A DNA stretch of 64,000 bases from an uncultured Bacilli bacterium (GTDB lineage Bacteria; Bacillota_I; Bacilli_A; RF39; UBA660): positions 127,361-191,360 of the forward strand of contig CAKPDF010000001.1 in the NCBI GenBank assembly GCA_934148535.1. The letters run 5' to 3'. Of this stretch, positions 21,863 through 31,780 are shown in pieces. Position numbers and translations under genes: made by a program. Under the pieces are notes generated by a model. The model made no database searches. It was not told where the DNA came from and saw only the letters and a list, made by a program, of their open reading frames with translations. The first letter of the stretch is position 1. Every line of letters starts with the position of its first letter.

Positions 21863-22354
21863 TTACTCAAACTGAACAGAAATATACATTTTTGTTTCAA
21901 ATTGTTCTTGAACTAATCTCATAATATTATTAGCAAGTTCCTTAGATTTTTCACACCCAGTAGCAACAACTCTAACTTCAGTTTTATCTATTTTTGTAAA
22001 ATTATCACACTTATACTCAGATTTAATTTTATTTTCTACATCTTCTTCTTTACCACTATTTTCACTAATAGACTTTAATTTTTCATAAGCCAAATTTTTA
22101 TCCTCAGTACTAACATTTAAATCAGTAAGAGTTTCTTGTAACTCTGCTATCTGTCCATTAACTTCTTCTTCATTTTCTATTTTCATTGTTTCTATAATAT
22201 TTTTTTCTTCTACTTCTACACTAACATCAGATAAATCATTATTATCATTACCAGCAGACTCTAATAAAGTATTAGGCATAGTAACATAATAAATACTTAG
22301 AACAAGTACTAAACTAAATAAAGTTAAAAACCATAAATTCTTTTTATTTATCAT
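21863..22354 (-). CDS. hypothetical membrane-anchored protein (163 aa)
   Basis: N-terminal TM helix, acidic middle region, conserved-looking C-terminal ~50 aa. Confidence 0.4.
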   Translation of the reverse strand: MINKKNLWFLTLFSLVLVLSIYYVTMPNTLLESAGNDNNDLSDVSVEVEEKNIIETMKIENEEEVNGQIAELQETLTDLNVSTEDKNLAYEKLKSISENSGKEEDVENKIKSEYKCDNFTKIDKTEVRVVATGCEKSKELANNIMRLVQEQFETKMYISVQFE

Positions 22355-22404
22355 ATATATTTCCTCTTTTCCATTAAAATATATGATAATTACAAAAATT
22401 TATT

Positions 22405-22923
22405 CTAATATATACCTAATATTTTTCTAATACTATCACTATCAAGTTCATTTACTCTAAAATTACCATTTTCATCTTTTATTACTTCAAAAAGGATTGT
22501 ATAAGTAACTTTATCCTTAGTATTTTTTAATCTCTTAATTCTTTCATCGTGATAACTATCTACTCCTACACTATCCTTATTAACTTCTTGATTTAATTCT
22601 TTTATTGTTCTAGCAAAATCTTTAACTGTAACTTCTACCTTTACTATAGCCTCATCACCATCTTGCGTTTCATCCTTAATATTATATGATAAAGAACTAA
22701 TTTGTTTTTTCAAAATCTTTTCATATTCATCTTTTTGATTATTATTAATATTATCACCATCAGTAAGAAGATTTAACAATTCCTCCATATTAATAGAATC
22801 ATCAACTTTTTGATATTTTGAAATTTTTTCCTCAACCTTACTAGTAGGTGTATTATTCAATTTACAGCCCACTAATAAAAAAATAACTAAAATTGGTATT
22901 ATAAATATTATTTTCTTCTTCAT
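22405..22923 (-). CDS. lipoprotein (172 aa)
   Basis: Signal peptide with LLVGC lipobox. Confidence 0.55.
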   Translation of the reverse strand: MKKKIIFIIPILVIFLLVGCKLNNTPTSKVEEKISKYQKVDDSINMEELLNLLTDGDNINNNQKDEYEKILKKQISSLSYNIKDETQDGDEAIVKVEVTVKDFARTIKELNQEVNKDSVGVDSYHDERIKRLKNTKDKVTYTILFEVIKDENGNFRVNELDSDSIRKILGIY

Positions 22924-22968
22924 ATTATCACCCTCAAAAATAATATTCCCAAAATTTAGTTATTTATT

Positions 22969-23583
22969 CTAAAATTCATAACTACTTAAAATTTCTAATA
23001 TCATATCTTTACTAAAACCTTGATTCATTAAATTAGTATAAATTTTATTTTTTAATTTAAAACCATTATTTTTTTTATCAGACTTTAAATATTTTTCTAT
23101 CAACTTATTAATTTTTTCTCTCATTATTTCTTTATCAAATAAATTATAATTATTTTCAATAATATTCTCATCAATACCAGCATTGCGAAGTTCCAAGATT
23201 ATTTTATATTCACCCTGCATAGAAAACATCATTTTATCATGAATAAAACATTTACAAAAATAATCATCATTTATAATATTATTTTTCTTTAATTTATTTA
23301 CTACCTTATTTATTTGTTCATCTGATGCCTTTTTTTTAATCAAATAATTTCTTATTTCTTTTTCACTTCTTAACCTCGATTTAATATAAGATAAACAATT
23401 ATGATAAAATTCTGCTATAACATTATCATTATTAATATTATCATACTTAACACTATCAATATTTTTATTATATAATAAACCATCATCTAAAATAACATCT
23501 TCATACAAATCAAGAACTTCACCATTATCTAAAAACAATCTATACTTATCTTTAGATATCCTCTCGTAGCGATCTATTCTCAT
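22969..23583 (-). CDS. recX: RecX-family regulatory protein
   Basis: 204 aa with the tandem helical-repeat pattern typical of RecX (e.g. YIKSRLRSEKEIRNYLIKK...INKVVNKLKKNNIINDDYF). Confidence 0.55.
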   Translation of the reverse strand: MRIDRYERISKDKYRLFLDNGEVLDLYEDVILDDGLLYNKNIDSVKYDNINNDNVIAEFYHNCLSYIKSRLRSEKEIRNYLIKKKASDEQINKVVNKLKKNNIINDDYFCKCFIHDKMMFSMQGEYKIILELRNAGIDENIIENNYNLFDKEIMREKINKLIEKYLKSDKKNNGFKLKNKIYTNLMNQGFSKDMILEILSSYEF

Positions 23584-23608
23584 TATATCACCTCAATATA
23601 AAAAGTCA

Positions 23609-24175
23609 TTATACATACATATAATGGCTTCTTCTAACTATTTTTTCATCATTCTTATCTGATGCATACTTTGAAACTAAACAAACACTACCAGACTTAA
23701 GACTACTAGGTACATCAATAATTCTTTGATTCTTAGAACCTTTAAACTTTAAATCAAAACTTTTTAGTGCTAAAACAAATCTACCATCAACCAAGACATC
23801 AATATTTTTTAAAAAATTCATAATATATGGATTATTATCACTCTGTTCAATTAATTGTTCATAAGTAAAACCAGTATAACACCATACATTAAGTCCCATT
23901 TCCTTACAATGACTAGCAATAATAGAACAAGCTTCAGCCTGAGACATAGGATCTCCACCCGAAAATGTTATACCATCTTGTCCTTCTAAAGTATCTATTT
24001 TCTTTATAACATCATCAATATCAAGCAAAAATCCGCCATCAAAAGAATGAGTCTCAGGATTGTGACAGCCATAACAATTATGTGTACAACCCTGAGTCCA
24101 TATCACACTACGAATACCTTCACCATCAACTATACTATCTCTTTGAATTTGATCCGTAGCAAGTCTAATCTTCAT
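23609..24175 (-). CDS. nrdG: anaerobic ribonucleoside-triphosphate reductase activating protein (radical SAM)
   Basis: GCTHNCYGC (C-x3-C-x2-C) cluster near the N-terminus; 188 aa; immediately downstream of nrdD. Confidence 0.85.
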   Translation of the reverse strand: MKIRLATDQIQRDSIVDGEGIRSVIWTQGCTHNCYGCHNPETHSFDGGFLLDIDDVIKKIDTLEGQDGITFSGGDPMSQAEACSIIASHCKEMGLNVWCYTGFTYEQLIEQSDNNPYIMNFLKNIDVLVDGRFVLALKSFDLKFKGSKNQRIIDVPSSLKSGSVCLVSKYASDKNDEKIVRRSHYMYV

Positions 24176-24177
24176 AA

Positions 24178-24351
24178 TTATTTATCAATAATTCCTTCTG
24201 TACCATGCTTAACTCTATCGTGTTCTTCAGCCTTCTTACCATTATTAAATCTATCAAGAGTACCAACTAAATATCCAGTAATTCTTCTTATTCTCTCAAA
24301 TCCAACACCCTCACCAACTAATTTTTCTTCTTTAACTTCTTCAGTTTTCAT
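24178..24351 (-). CDS. stand-alone glycyl-radical module of class III RNR (57 aa), separate ORF between nrdD and nrdG
   Basis: Manual translation MKTEEVKEEKLVGEGVGFERIRRITGYLVGTLDRFNNGKKAEEHDRVKHGTEGIIDK. RITGY...GK.EE..RVKH matches the NrdD C-terminal glycyl-radical consensus (RxxGY). Own SD AGAAGGAG 9 nt upstream; different frame from nrdD. Confidence 0.6.
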   Translation of the reverse strand: MKTEEVKEEKLVGEGVGFERIRRITGYLVGTLDRFNNGKKAEEHDRVKHGTEGIIDK

Positions 24352-24368
24352 AATAACATACTCCTTCT

Positions 24369-26657
24369 TTACTTATTATTTTTTATTTTATCAACGCTAA
24401 CTCCCTCGTATGCTTTTCTTCCACATCCAGGACAAACATCACCAATAATTCCAACATAACCACAAACTGGATCTCTATCAACTGGATGATTAATAGCACA
24501 ATATCCCATATTGTTTTCTTTCATAATACGAACTATTTTTTCAAATGCTTCTAGATTTTGAGTAGTATCACCGTCAAGTTCAATATAACTAATATGTCCT
24601 GCATTAGTAAGTTCGTGATAAGGAGCTTCCTTCTTTATTTTATTAACAATAGAAATATTGTAATATACTGGAACATGGAAAGAATTAGTATAATAATCTC
24701 TATCAGTTACTCCCTTAATCTTACCATATATTGCCTTATCAATATTAACAAATCTTCCAGATAATCCCTCAGCAGGAGTAGCAAGACAAGTAAAATTCAA
24801 ATTATATGTCTCCGAATATTCATCACACTTCTCGCGCATAAACTTAACAATTTTTAATCCAAGTTTTTGAGCCTCATCACTCTCTCCATGATGTTTACCA
24901 ATCAAAGCCTTCAAACATTCAGCAAGTCCAATAAATCCAATACTTAAAGTACCATGTTTTAATACCTTTCTTAACCTATCAGTAGGTTTTAATTTTTCTG
25001 AATCTATCCAAACACCTTGTTCCAATAAGAATGGAAAATTATAACTTCTCTTATTACATTGAATTTCAAATCTTTCAAGTAATTGATCTTTTACCATATC
25101 CATTAATTCTCCAAGTTCCTCAAAGAAACCTTTCTCATCTGTTTTATCATTAGTAACAATACCATGTTTAATTCCTAATCTAGGTAAATTAATAGATGTA
25201 AATGATAAATTACCTCTACCTGGAGTAACAGCCTTGTTAGGATCAACTACATTTCCTATAACTCTAGTACGACATCCCATATAACATACCTCAGTATTAT
25301 AATCCCCCTTATAATATTGAGCATTAAATGGTGAATCCATAAATGAAAAATTAGGAAACAATCTTTTAGCAGAAACCTTACAAGATAACTTAAATAAATC
25401 ATAGTTAGGATCCCCAGGATTATAATTAACTCCCTCTTTTACCTTAAAAATAGATATAGGAAATATTGGAGTTTCATTTTTACCCAAACCAGCATCTACT
25501 GACAATAAATAATTTTTCATAACCATTCTACCTTCAGGCGATGTATCAGTACCAAAATTAATAGATGAAAATGGTACTTGAGCTCCTGCTCTAGAATGCA
25601 TAGTATTTAAATTGTGAACAAATGCTTCCATTGCTTGATAAGTAGCCCTATCAGTCTTAGCCATAGCAGTCTCATAAGCCTTATCAAAAATTCTTCTTAC
25701 CTCACTACTATCCTTATAAAAAGGTTCAAAAACATTAATATCTACTTCAATAGAATTTAATTTATCAACTGTCATTGCAACTTTATCCATATTTACAAAA
25801 CTAATAAAATCAGTAAAATCTAAAAGTTCATAAATTGCTTGTTTAAATTCCTTTTTAAATGTCTTCAAAACTCCTGGTGCCATATAAAAATCAAATGCAG
25901 GAATACTTTGACCACCATGTTGATCATTTTGATTAGACTGAATTGCTATAGCAGCCAAAGCAGAATAAGAATTAATTGATTGAGGCTCTCTCAAATGACC
26001 ATGACCAGTAGAAAAACCTCCCTTAAATAACTTATTCAAATCTATTTGCATACATGTTGTAGTTCCCATGGCTAAGAAATCCATATCATGAATATGAATA
26101 TCACCATTATCATGGGCATCTGCAAATTTCTTCTTCATTAAATATGCCTTTGCAAATTCCTTTGATACAGTAGAACCATATTGCAACATAGTTCCCATAG
26201 CAGAATTACCATCTATATTAGCATTCTCTCTTTTAGCATCTTCTTCAACAGCAGACTTAAGTCCTAATCCCTCTAAAGATTTCAAAAATTTATGCATCTT
26301 TTTCTCATCAGAAAATAGTTGTCTAGACTGTGCTCTTCTCTCACGATATTCAGAAAAAGATTGAAATACATCCTCATATCCACACTTAGTTAAAGACGCT
26401 TCAATTAAATCTTGAATTTCTTCTATCTTAATTTTTTCTTCATTTTTATAATCTTTATTTATCTTCTTTAAAACATTTTGATATACCTTTTGAATATCTT
26501 TCTCAGTATACTTTGTTTCTCCTTCTTCATCAATAATACTATCAAAACCTTTTTTTATTGCAAGAGCAACTTTAGTAGTATCAAAATTAACTTTTTTGCC
26601 GTTTCTCTTTACAACCTTTATAGTATCAATTACTTCTTCAGTATTTGTATTAGCCAT
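24369..26657 (-). CDS. nrdD: anaerobic ribonucleoside-triphosphate reductase large subunit, C-terminally truncated (lacks the glycyl-radical segment)
   Basis: 762 aa; N-terminal ATP-cone-like region; C-terminal zinc ribbon (C...C...CPGC); ends right after the zinc ribbon. Confidence 0.9.
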   Translation of the reverse strand: MANTNTEEVIDTIKVVKRNGKKVNFDTTKVALAIKKGFDSIIDEEGETKYTEKDIQKVYQNVLKKINKDYKNEEKIKIEEIQDLIEASLTKCGYEDVFQSFSEYRERRAQSRQLFSDEKKMHKFLKSLEGLGLKSAVEEDAKRENANIDGNSAMGTMLQYGSTVSKEFAKAYLMKKKFADAHDNGDIHIHDMDFLAMGTTTCMQIDLNKLFKGGFSTGHGHLREPQSINSYSALAAIAIQSNQNDQHGGQSIPAFDFYMAPGVLKTFKKEFKQAIYELLDFTDFISFVNMDKVAMTVDKLNSIEVDINVFEPFYKDSSEVRRIFDKAYETAMAKTDRATYQAMEAFVHNLNTMHSRAGAQVPFSSINFGTDTSPEGRMVMKNYLLSVDAGLGKNETPIFPISIFKVKEGVNYNPGDPNYDLFKLSCKVSAKRLFPNFSFMDSPFNAQYYKGDYNTEVCYMGCRTRVIGNVVDPNKAVTPGRGNLSFTSINLPRLGIKHGIVTNDKTDEKGFFEELGELMDMVKDQLLERFEIQCNKRSYNFPFLLEQGVWIDSEKLKPTDRLRKVLKHGTLSIGFIGLAECLKALIGKHHGESDEAQKLGLKIVKFMREKCDEYSETYNLNFTCLATPAEGLSGRFVNIDKAIYGKIKGVTDRDYYTNSFHVPVYYNISIVNKIKKEAPYHELTNAGHISYIELDGDTTQNLEAFEKIVRIMKENNMGYCAINHPVDRDPVCGYVGIIGDVCPGCGRKAYEGVSVDKIKNNK

Positions 26658-26705
26658 ACTTCACTTCCTCCTAAATGTTTCGTAATCTATCTTACTCACA
26701 ACATC

Positions 26706-26734
26706 ATTATAGAAAATATTAAGTAATATGTCAA
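26706..26734 (-). promoter_or_regulatory. Canonical sigma-A promoter for nrdD (TTGACA-17-TATAAT, minus strand)
   Basis: -35 revcomp of tgtcaa 26729-26734, 17-nt spacer, -10 revcomp of attata 26706-26711; ~45-nt 5'UTR to the nrdD ATG. Confidence 0.6.
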
Positions 26735-27106
26735 TACATTTATACAAACAATTTTATTTTTTATTTTTTTGAATTTTGATTTTAGTTAACAATATGTATT
26801 TTTAATTTTTTTAACTTTTTATAAGATACAGTTTTGTTGTTTCTTTAGCAATAAATTCCTTATTATATAAGGCATTGTTTAACTTTCACGTTAATTAAAA
26901 TAAGTAAATTATTTTTTATTTTTTTTGATTTTTCTCGTTTTACACATTTTACATTTTTTTATTTTTTCAAATTTTATTTAAAATTAAATGATAAGTGTTC
27001 GTGTCTATAATAGTTAATTTTTTAGATTTTTATACTTATTATATGCAATATTTAAAGTAAACAAAAAAAATTATATGTTTGTAAAAAAATAGTCTCATTA
27101 CTGAAA

Positions 27107-27832
27107 CTATTTGCACAAACTATATAATATAGCAATTTCTTTATTTGATAATTTTCTATACTCGCCAGTTTTTAACTCTTTTATATTAAAAATAGCATAT
27201 TTTTCTCTTCTTAACTTTATAACATTATATCCTAATGCCTCAAACATTTTCTTAACCTGATGATTTCTACCCTCATGTATAGTAATCTCAACTATAGACT
27301 TCTCTGTTTTCTTATCTACACTCTTTAGCTTAACTAAAGCTCTACTAGTTTTCTTACCATCAATAACTATACCATTTCTAAGTCTTTTTATAGCATATCC
27401 CGTAACAATACCATCGACTTTAGCAATATAAGTCTTATCAATCTTTGTTGAAGGATGCATTAATTTATTAGCAAGTACCCCATCATTTGTTAAAAGAATT
27501 AATCCAGTAGTATCATAATCCAATCTACCAACAGGATAAATTCTAGTACTAGTATTAATTAAATCAACAACGCATTTTCTATTATGTTCATCCTTTGTAG
27601 TACTAACAACTTCTCTTGGTTTATTTAAAAGATAATACTCATAATTTTTATTATTATCTAAAATATTATTTTCTACTTCAATTCTCTCATTACCCTTAAC
27701 TTTAGTACCAAGTTCATAAACTACCTTTCCATCTACCTTAACTTTACCCTCTTGTATTAATTCCTCAGCCTTTCTCCTAGAACAATATCCTAAATTAGCA
27801 ATAACCTTTTGTAATCTTTCCACATCAATCAC
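27107..27832 (-). CDS. pseudouridine synthase (RsuA/RluB family)
   Basis: N-terminal S4 domain (CSRRKAEELI), catalytic-Asp region VGRLDYDTTGLILLTNDG. Confidence 0.85.
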   Translation of the reverse strand: MIDVERLQKVIANLGYCSRRKAEELIQEGKVKVDGKVVYELGTKVKGNERIEVENNILDNNKNYEYYLLNKPREVVSTTKDEHNRKCVVDLINTSTRIYPVGRLDYDTTGLILLTNDGVLANKLMHPSTKIDKTYIAKVDGIVTGYAIKRLRNGIVIDGKKTSRALVKLKSVDKKTEKSIVEITIHEGRNHQVKKMFEALGYNVIKLRREKYAIFNIKELKTGEYRKLSNKEIAILYSLCK

Positions 27833-27937
27833 CTGAATAAAATTATACTAAATAAACTAAGAAATTACAAGTATATTTTTTGTTTATCTGCCAGTGCTAA
27901 TATATATCTAGGCAGTACTTCAAAATAAATATAATCA

Positions 27938-28792
27938 TTAATTAACTAGCTTTTTATCATTTATATATTCATAATTTAAAAAATTTTTCTCAGTAATAAC
28001 TGTTTTCCCTAATTCATTTTCTAAATTATCACGAGTAATTTTAGCTATATTGCCACCACGTTTTGCAATCTTTTTATTTTCTTCTAATCCATAAGGCTTA
28101 TACTCATTAGCAAGTTCCCTAGTAGCAATTTCTCCTAAATCAGTTAAAACAACCTCTATATCAGTCATATTATCTCTTAAAGATTCTTTTCTGAGTCCCT
28201 TAAAATCTTTATATTCACTTGCTTTCATTCCAGACCATTCTTTATAAATTTCATTAGTAAGTATTCCATATTCCACTCCACTAGATATACCACATTCTTT
28301 CCATACATCAGTTAATTTATTTCTATTTAAGATTCCCTTTAATCTAGATTCTATCCATTTATCAGTATATCCTCTCTTACGATAATAATCAATAGATCTT
28401 TTAATAGCAATCTCAGGATCAAATACTTCGTCTATTCTATCACTTCCCAAAGAAGCCAGCCAAACTTTAAAAGGTTCTGCTTTAGGACTAGGAACAGACT
28501 CAATTAATCTTAAAATACCTTTTGTATCTAATGTATCCGTCTTACGATATTTACCATCTTCTGCCAACATTTTCAACTGGTTAGTAACACTAACCAGTTC
28601 ACTTCCTTCATTATTTAATTTATTTTTTAACCATTTCCAATAATTTCTTGATTTTTGATAATCATTATCAGTTAAAGCACTAATCACATCAATAACACTA
28701 AAATAATAATCTCCTTTCTCACTACTCCATACACTTCTAATAGTATTATTCTCAAATAAATTTGAAATAGTTTTTAATTTACTTTCTACCAT
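27938..28792 (-). CDS. Bro-N domain protein (DinD-like)
   Basis: N-terminal ~110 aa fits the Bro-N pattern (IRSVW..GD.YFSVIDV...L......R..L...DG.YRKTD...GILRLIESVPSPKAEPFKVW). Confidence 0.4.
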   Translation of the reverse strand: MVESKLKTISNLFENNTIRSVWSSEKGDYYFSVIDVISALTDNDYQKSRNYWKWLKNKLNNEGSELVSVTNQLKMLAEDGKYRKTDTLDTKGILRLIESVPSPKAEPFKVWLASLGSDRIDEVFDPEIAIKRSIDYYRKRGYTDKWIESRLKGILNRNKLTDVWKECGISSGVEYGILTNEIYKEWSGMKASEYKDFKGLRKESLRDNMTDIEVVLTDLGEIATRELANEYKPYGLEENKKIAKRGGNIAKITRDNLENELGKTVITEKNFLNYEYINDKKLVN

Positions 28793-28892
28793 AAACCATT
28801 CACCTCATAAAAAAAATATCATATATAAAATTAATTGTCAATGCTTTTCACAAACATTTGTTTGTGAAAAAAATAAGAAGACAAAAATCTTC

Positions 28893-31310
28893 TTACTTTA
28901 CAACAATATTAACTATTTTATTAGGAACAACTATCTCTTTAACAATATCCTTACCAAATATATTTTTATAAACATTATCATTTGCCTTAGCAATTTTTAA
29001 TACTTCTTCCCTATCCATATCCTTATCAACTACAATAGTACCTCTCAATTTACCATTAACTTGTACTCCAATTTCAATAGAAGACTCTAACAATTTACTA
29101 GAATCATATGTAGGCCAAAGACTACTAGAAAATTCATCTCCCAAATTATTTATTTCATTTAATTCTTCAGTAATATGAGGAGCAATAGGATTTAATAAAT
29201 GTAGTAATACCCTATAATCACTCTTAGTAATACTAGGAAGTTTATCCATATCATTTAACAATATCATCAAAGAAGATACAGCAGTATTGTAATTCATACT
29301 AAGAATATCATCTCCTACTTTCTTGATAGTTTTATTAATTAAACTCTCAATACTAGAAGTATAACCAACATTATCATTTAACTTATCTTGCAAATTCCAA
29401 ATACGATTTAAAAATTTATTGCAACCTTTTAATCCATTTTCACTCCAAGAAGCATCCTTAGTATAATCACCAATAAACATTTCATATACTCTAAGAGCAT
29501 CAGCGCCATAATCTCTCACCATATCATCCGGATTAATAACATTTCCCTTACTCTTACTCATCTTTTCGCCATTAGAACCTAATATCATACCATGACTAAC
29601 TCTAGTCCAAATCATTTCTTTATTAGGAACTAATCCAATATTATACAAGAATTGTACCCAAAATCTAGCATACAATAAATGTCTAGCAGTATGTTCCATA
29701 CCACCATTATACCAATCAACCCTATTCCAGTATTTCATCGCATCCATTGATGCAAAACACTTATCATTATGTGGATCCATGAATCTTAAGAAATACCACG
29801 AAGAACCAGCCCAGTTAGGCATAGTATCAGTTTCCCTTCTAGCATATCCACCACACTTAGGACAAGTAGTATCAACAAAAGAAGAAATTTTCGCAAGTGG
29901 ACTTTCACCATCATCAGTAGGTTCATACTCTGCAACATCTGGAAGAAGTAATGGTAATTCTTCCTCTGGTATTGGTTGCCAACCACATTTTTCACAATAT
30001 ACCATAGGAATTGGTTCACCCCAGAATCTCTGCCTAGAAAATATCCAATCTCTCATTTTATAATTAACACATCTCTTAGCAACTCCCATATTCTCTAACT
30101 TATCACAAATTGCTTCTTTAGCATCTTCTACTTTCATACCAGTAAATTCTTCTGAATTAATTAACTTACAATCCTTACCTAAATAATCTCCCTTTTCAAA
30201 AGCACAATTAGAAATATCTCTACCATCTATAACCTGTATCATTTCCAAATTATGTTCTTTAGCATATTCATAATCTCTTTGATCATGTGCTGGGACTGCC
30301 ATAACTGCTCCAGTACCATAACTTCCAAGTACAAAATCTCCTAAAAATACAGGAACTTCTTTACCATTTACAGGATTTATAGCCTTAATACCTTGAACAA
30401 TACATCCACTCTTACCTTTAGATAATTCAGTTCTATCCATATTGCTCTTTTTTGATGTTGCTTCTATATAATCCATTACCTCTTTTTTATTTTCTACCCT
30501 AGGCATAAGTTCTTTAATTAATTCACCATCAGGAGCAATAACAAAGAAAGTAACACCATAAACAGTTTCAATACAAGTAGTAAATATAGAAAACTCACCA
30601 CCACCTACTATTTGTACTTTCATTTCAACCCCTTCAGATTTACCTATCCAATTAATTTGACCTAATTTAACCTTAGGAGCAAAATTAGTATCATCTAACC
30701 CTTTAAGTAAATCCTCAGAATAGTCACTCATTCTAAGCATCCATTGAGATTTTTCTTTCTGAACTACAACAGATCCACATCTCTCACATACTCCACCAGC
30801 AGCATCTTCATTAGATAAAACACTCTTACACTTAGGACACCAATTAACAGGAATAGTATCCTTATAAGCCATACCATGCTTATAAAATTGTAAAAACTGC
30901 CACTGAGTCCACTTATAATACTCAGGATCAGTAGTAGAAAACTCTCTATCCCAATCAAACGAAAATCCCAAGGCTTTCATTTGACCTTTAAAAGTCTTAA
31001 TATTAGCCTTAACAGCATCTTTAGGATGAATATGATTTTTTATTGCATATTGCTCTGCAGGAGCACCAAAAGCATCCCATCCCATAGGATACAATACATT
31101 ATATCCTTGCATTCTCTTAATTCTAGCAATAGCATCTTGCGCTGTATAACTTCTAACATGCCCTACATGTAATCCTGCTCCAGAAGGATAAGGAAACTCA
31201 ACTAATACATAATAAGGTTTCTTATCACTATTATTAACAGCCTTAAAAGTTTTTTCTTTATCCCAATGCTCTTGCCATTTCTTTTCTATTTTTCTATAAT
31301 TATACATCAC
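28893..31310 (-). CDS. leuS: leucine--tRNA ligase
   Basis: 805 aa; HVGH and KMSKS motifs; CP1 editing insertion. Confidence 0.95.
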   Translation of the reverse strand: MMYNYRKIEKKWQEHWDKEKTFKAVNNSDKKPYYVLVEFPYPSGAGLHVGHVRSYTAQDAIARIKRMQGYNVLYPMGWDAFGAPAEQYAIKNHIHPKDAVKANIKTFKGQMKALGFSFDWDREFSTTDPEYYKWTQWQFLQFYKHGMAYKDTIPVNWCPKCKSVLSNEDAAGGVCERCGSVVVQKEKSQWMLRMSDYSEDLLKGLDDTNFAPKVKLGQINWIGKSEGVEMKVQIVGGGEFSIFTTCIETVYGVTFFVIAPDGELIKELMPRVENKKEVMDYIEATSKKSNMDRTELSKGKSGCIVQGIKAINPVNGKEVPVFLGDFVLGSYGTGAVMAVPAHDQRDYEYAKEHNLEMIQVIDGRDISNCAFEKGDYLGKDCKLINSEEFTGMKVEDAKEAICDKLENMGVAKRCVNYKMRDWIFSRQRFWGEPIPMVYCEKCGWQPIPEEELPLLLPDVAEYEPTDDGESPLAKISSFVDTTCPKCGGYARRETDTMPNWAGSSWYFLRFMDPHNDKCFASMDAMKYWNRVDWYNGGMEHTARHLLYARFWVQFLYNIGLVPNKEMIWTRVSHGMILGSNGEKMSKSKGNVINPDDMVRDYGADALRVYEMFIGDYTKDASWSENGLKGCNKFLNRIWNLQDKLNDNVGYTSSIESLINKTIKKVGDDILSMNYNTAVSSLMILLNDMDKLPSITKSDYRVLLHLLNPIAPHITEELNEINNLGDEFSSSLWPTYDSSKLLESSIEIGVQVNGKLRGTIVVDKDMDREEVLKIAKANDNVYKNIFGKDIVKEIVVPNKIVNIVVK

Positions 31311-31668
31311 TCTTACCTTCTTTCCAAATATAATATCTGCCTAACAATCCATAACAAATAACAATTAAAAGTAATAATAATACAATTCCAATTACCACCT
31401 GCAATATAAATCCCTTAACCAATCTTACTACAATAATATAAGTTGTAGAAATAATAAATGTATTAATAAGACTATAAGCCCATACAAATCTCTTATAATT
31501 AATTTTCTTTATATTTAAATGATATACCCCCTTAAGATAATATAACTCCTGAGGAACTTTATTTTTATTATACTTTTGTTTCTTTCTAACAAATAAAAAA
31601 TAATTTAATACGAATATAAGAAAAAAAACTATCAAATACTCAAAAAATGGATTCATAGACATCTTCAC
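31300..31668 (-). CDS. small membrane protein (2-3 TM). The annotated start may be a non-ATG codon; the likely ATG is ~12 nt inside
   Basis: Hydrophobic ORF overlapping the leuS start by 11 nt; TTGTCA-17-TAATAT promoter-like signal upstream. Confidence 0.35.
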   Translation of the reverse strand: MKMSMNPFFEYLIVFFLIFVLNYFLFVRKKQKYNKNKVPQELYYLKGVYHLNIKKINYKRFVWAYSLINTFIISTTYIIVVRLVKGFILQVVIGIVLLLLLIVICYGLLGRYYIWKEGKSDV

Positions 31669-31780
31669 CTTTCACATATAAATATTAGCACATATCTATA
31701 AAATTGACAATATTTTATTTCTCTTTTTATAAATTTTAACAAAGAAATTAAAAATAGTATGAGTTTAATTTCATACTATT

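Noticed and set aside
26658-27106. Looked for NrdR boxes (acaCwAtATaTwGtgt pairs) in the 450-bp AT-rich region upstream of nrdD
   Set aside because: Only weak partial palindromes (e.g. acatcattatag…taatatgt spanning the promoter). No convincing pair of 16-bp NrdR boxes, so none was called.
31311-31780. Possible T-box leader upstream of leuS (and likewise upstream of alaS)
   Set aside because: No AGGGTGGNACCGCG T-box sequence or specifier/antiterminator arrangement is present. The space is occupied by a hydrophobic ORF with its own promoter-like signal.
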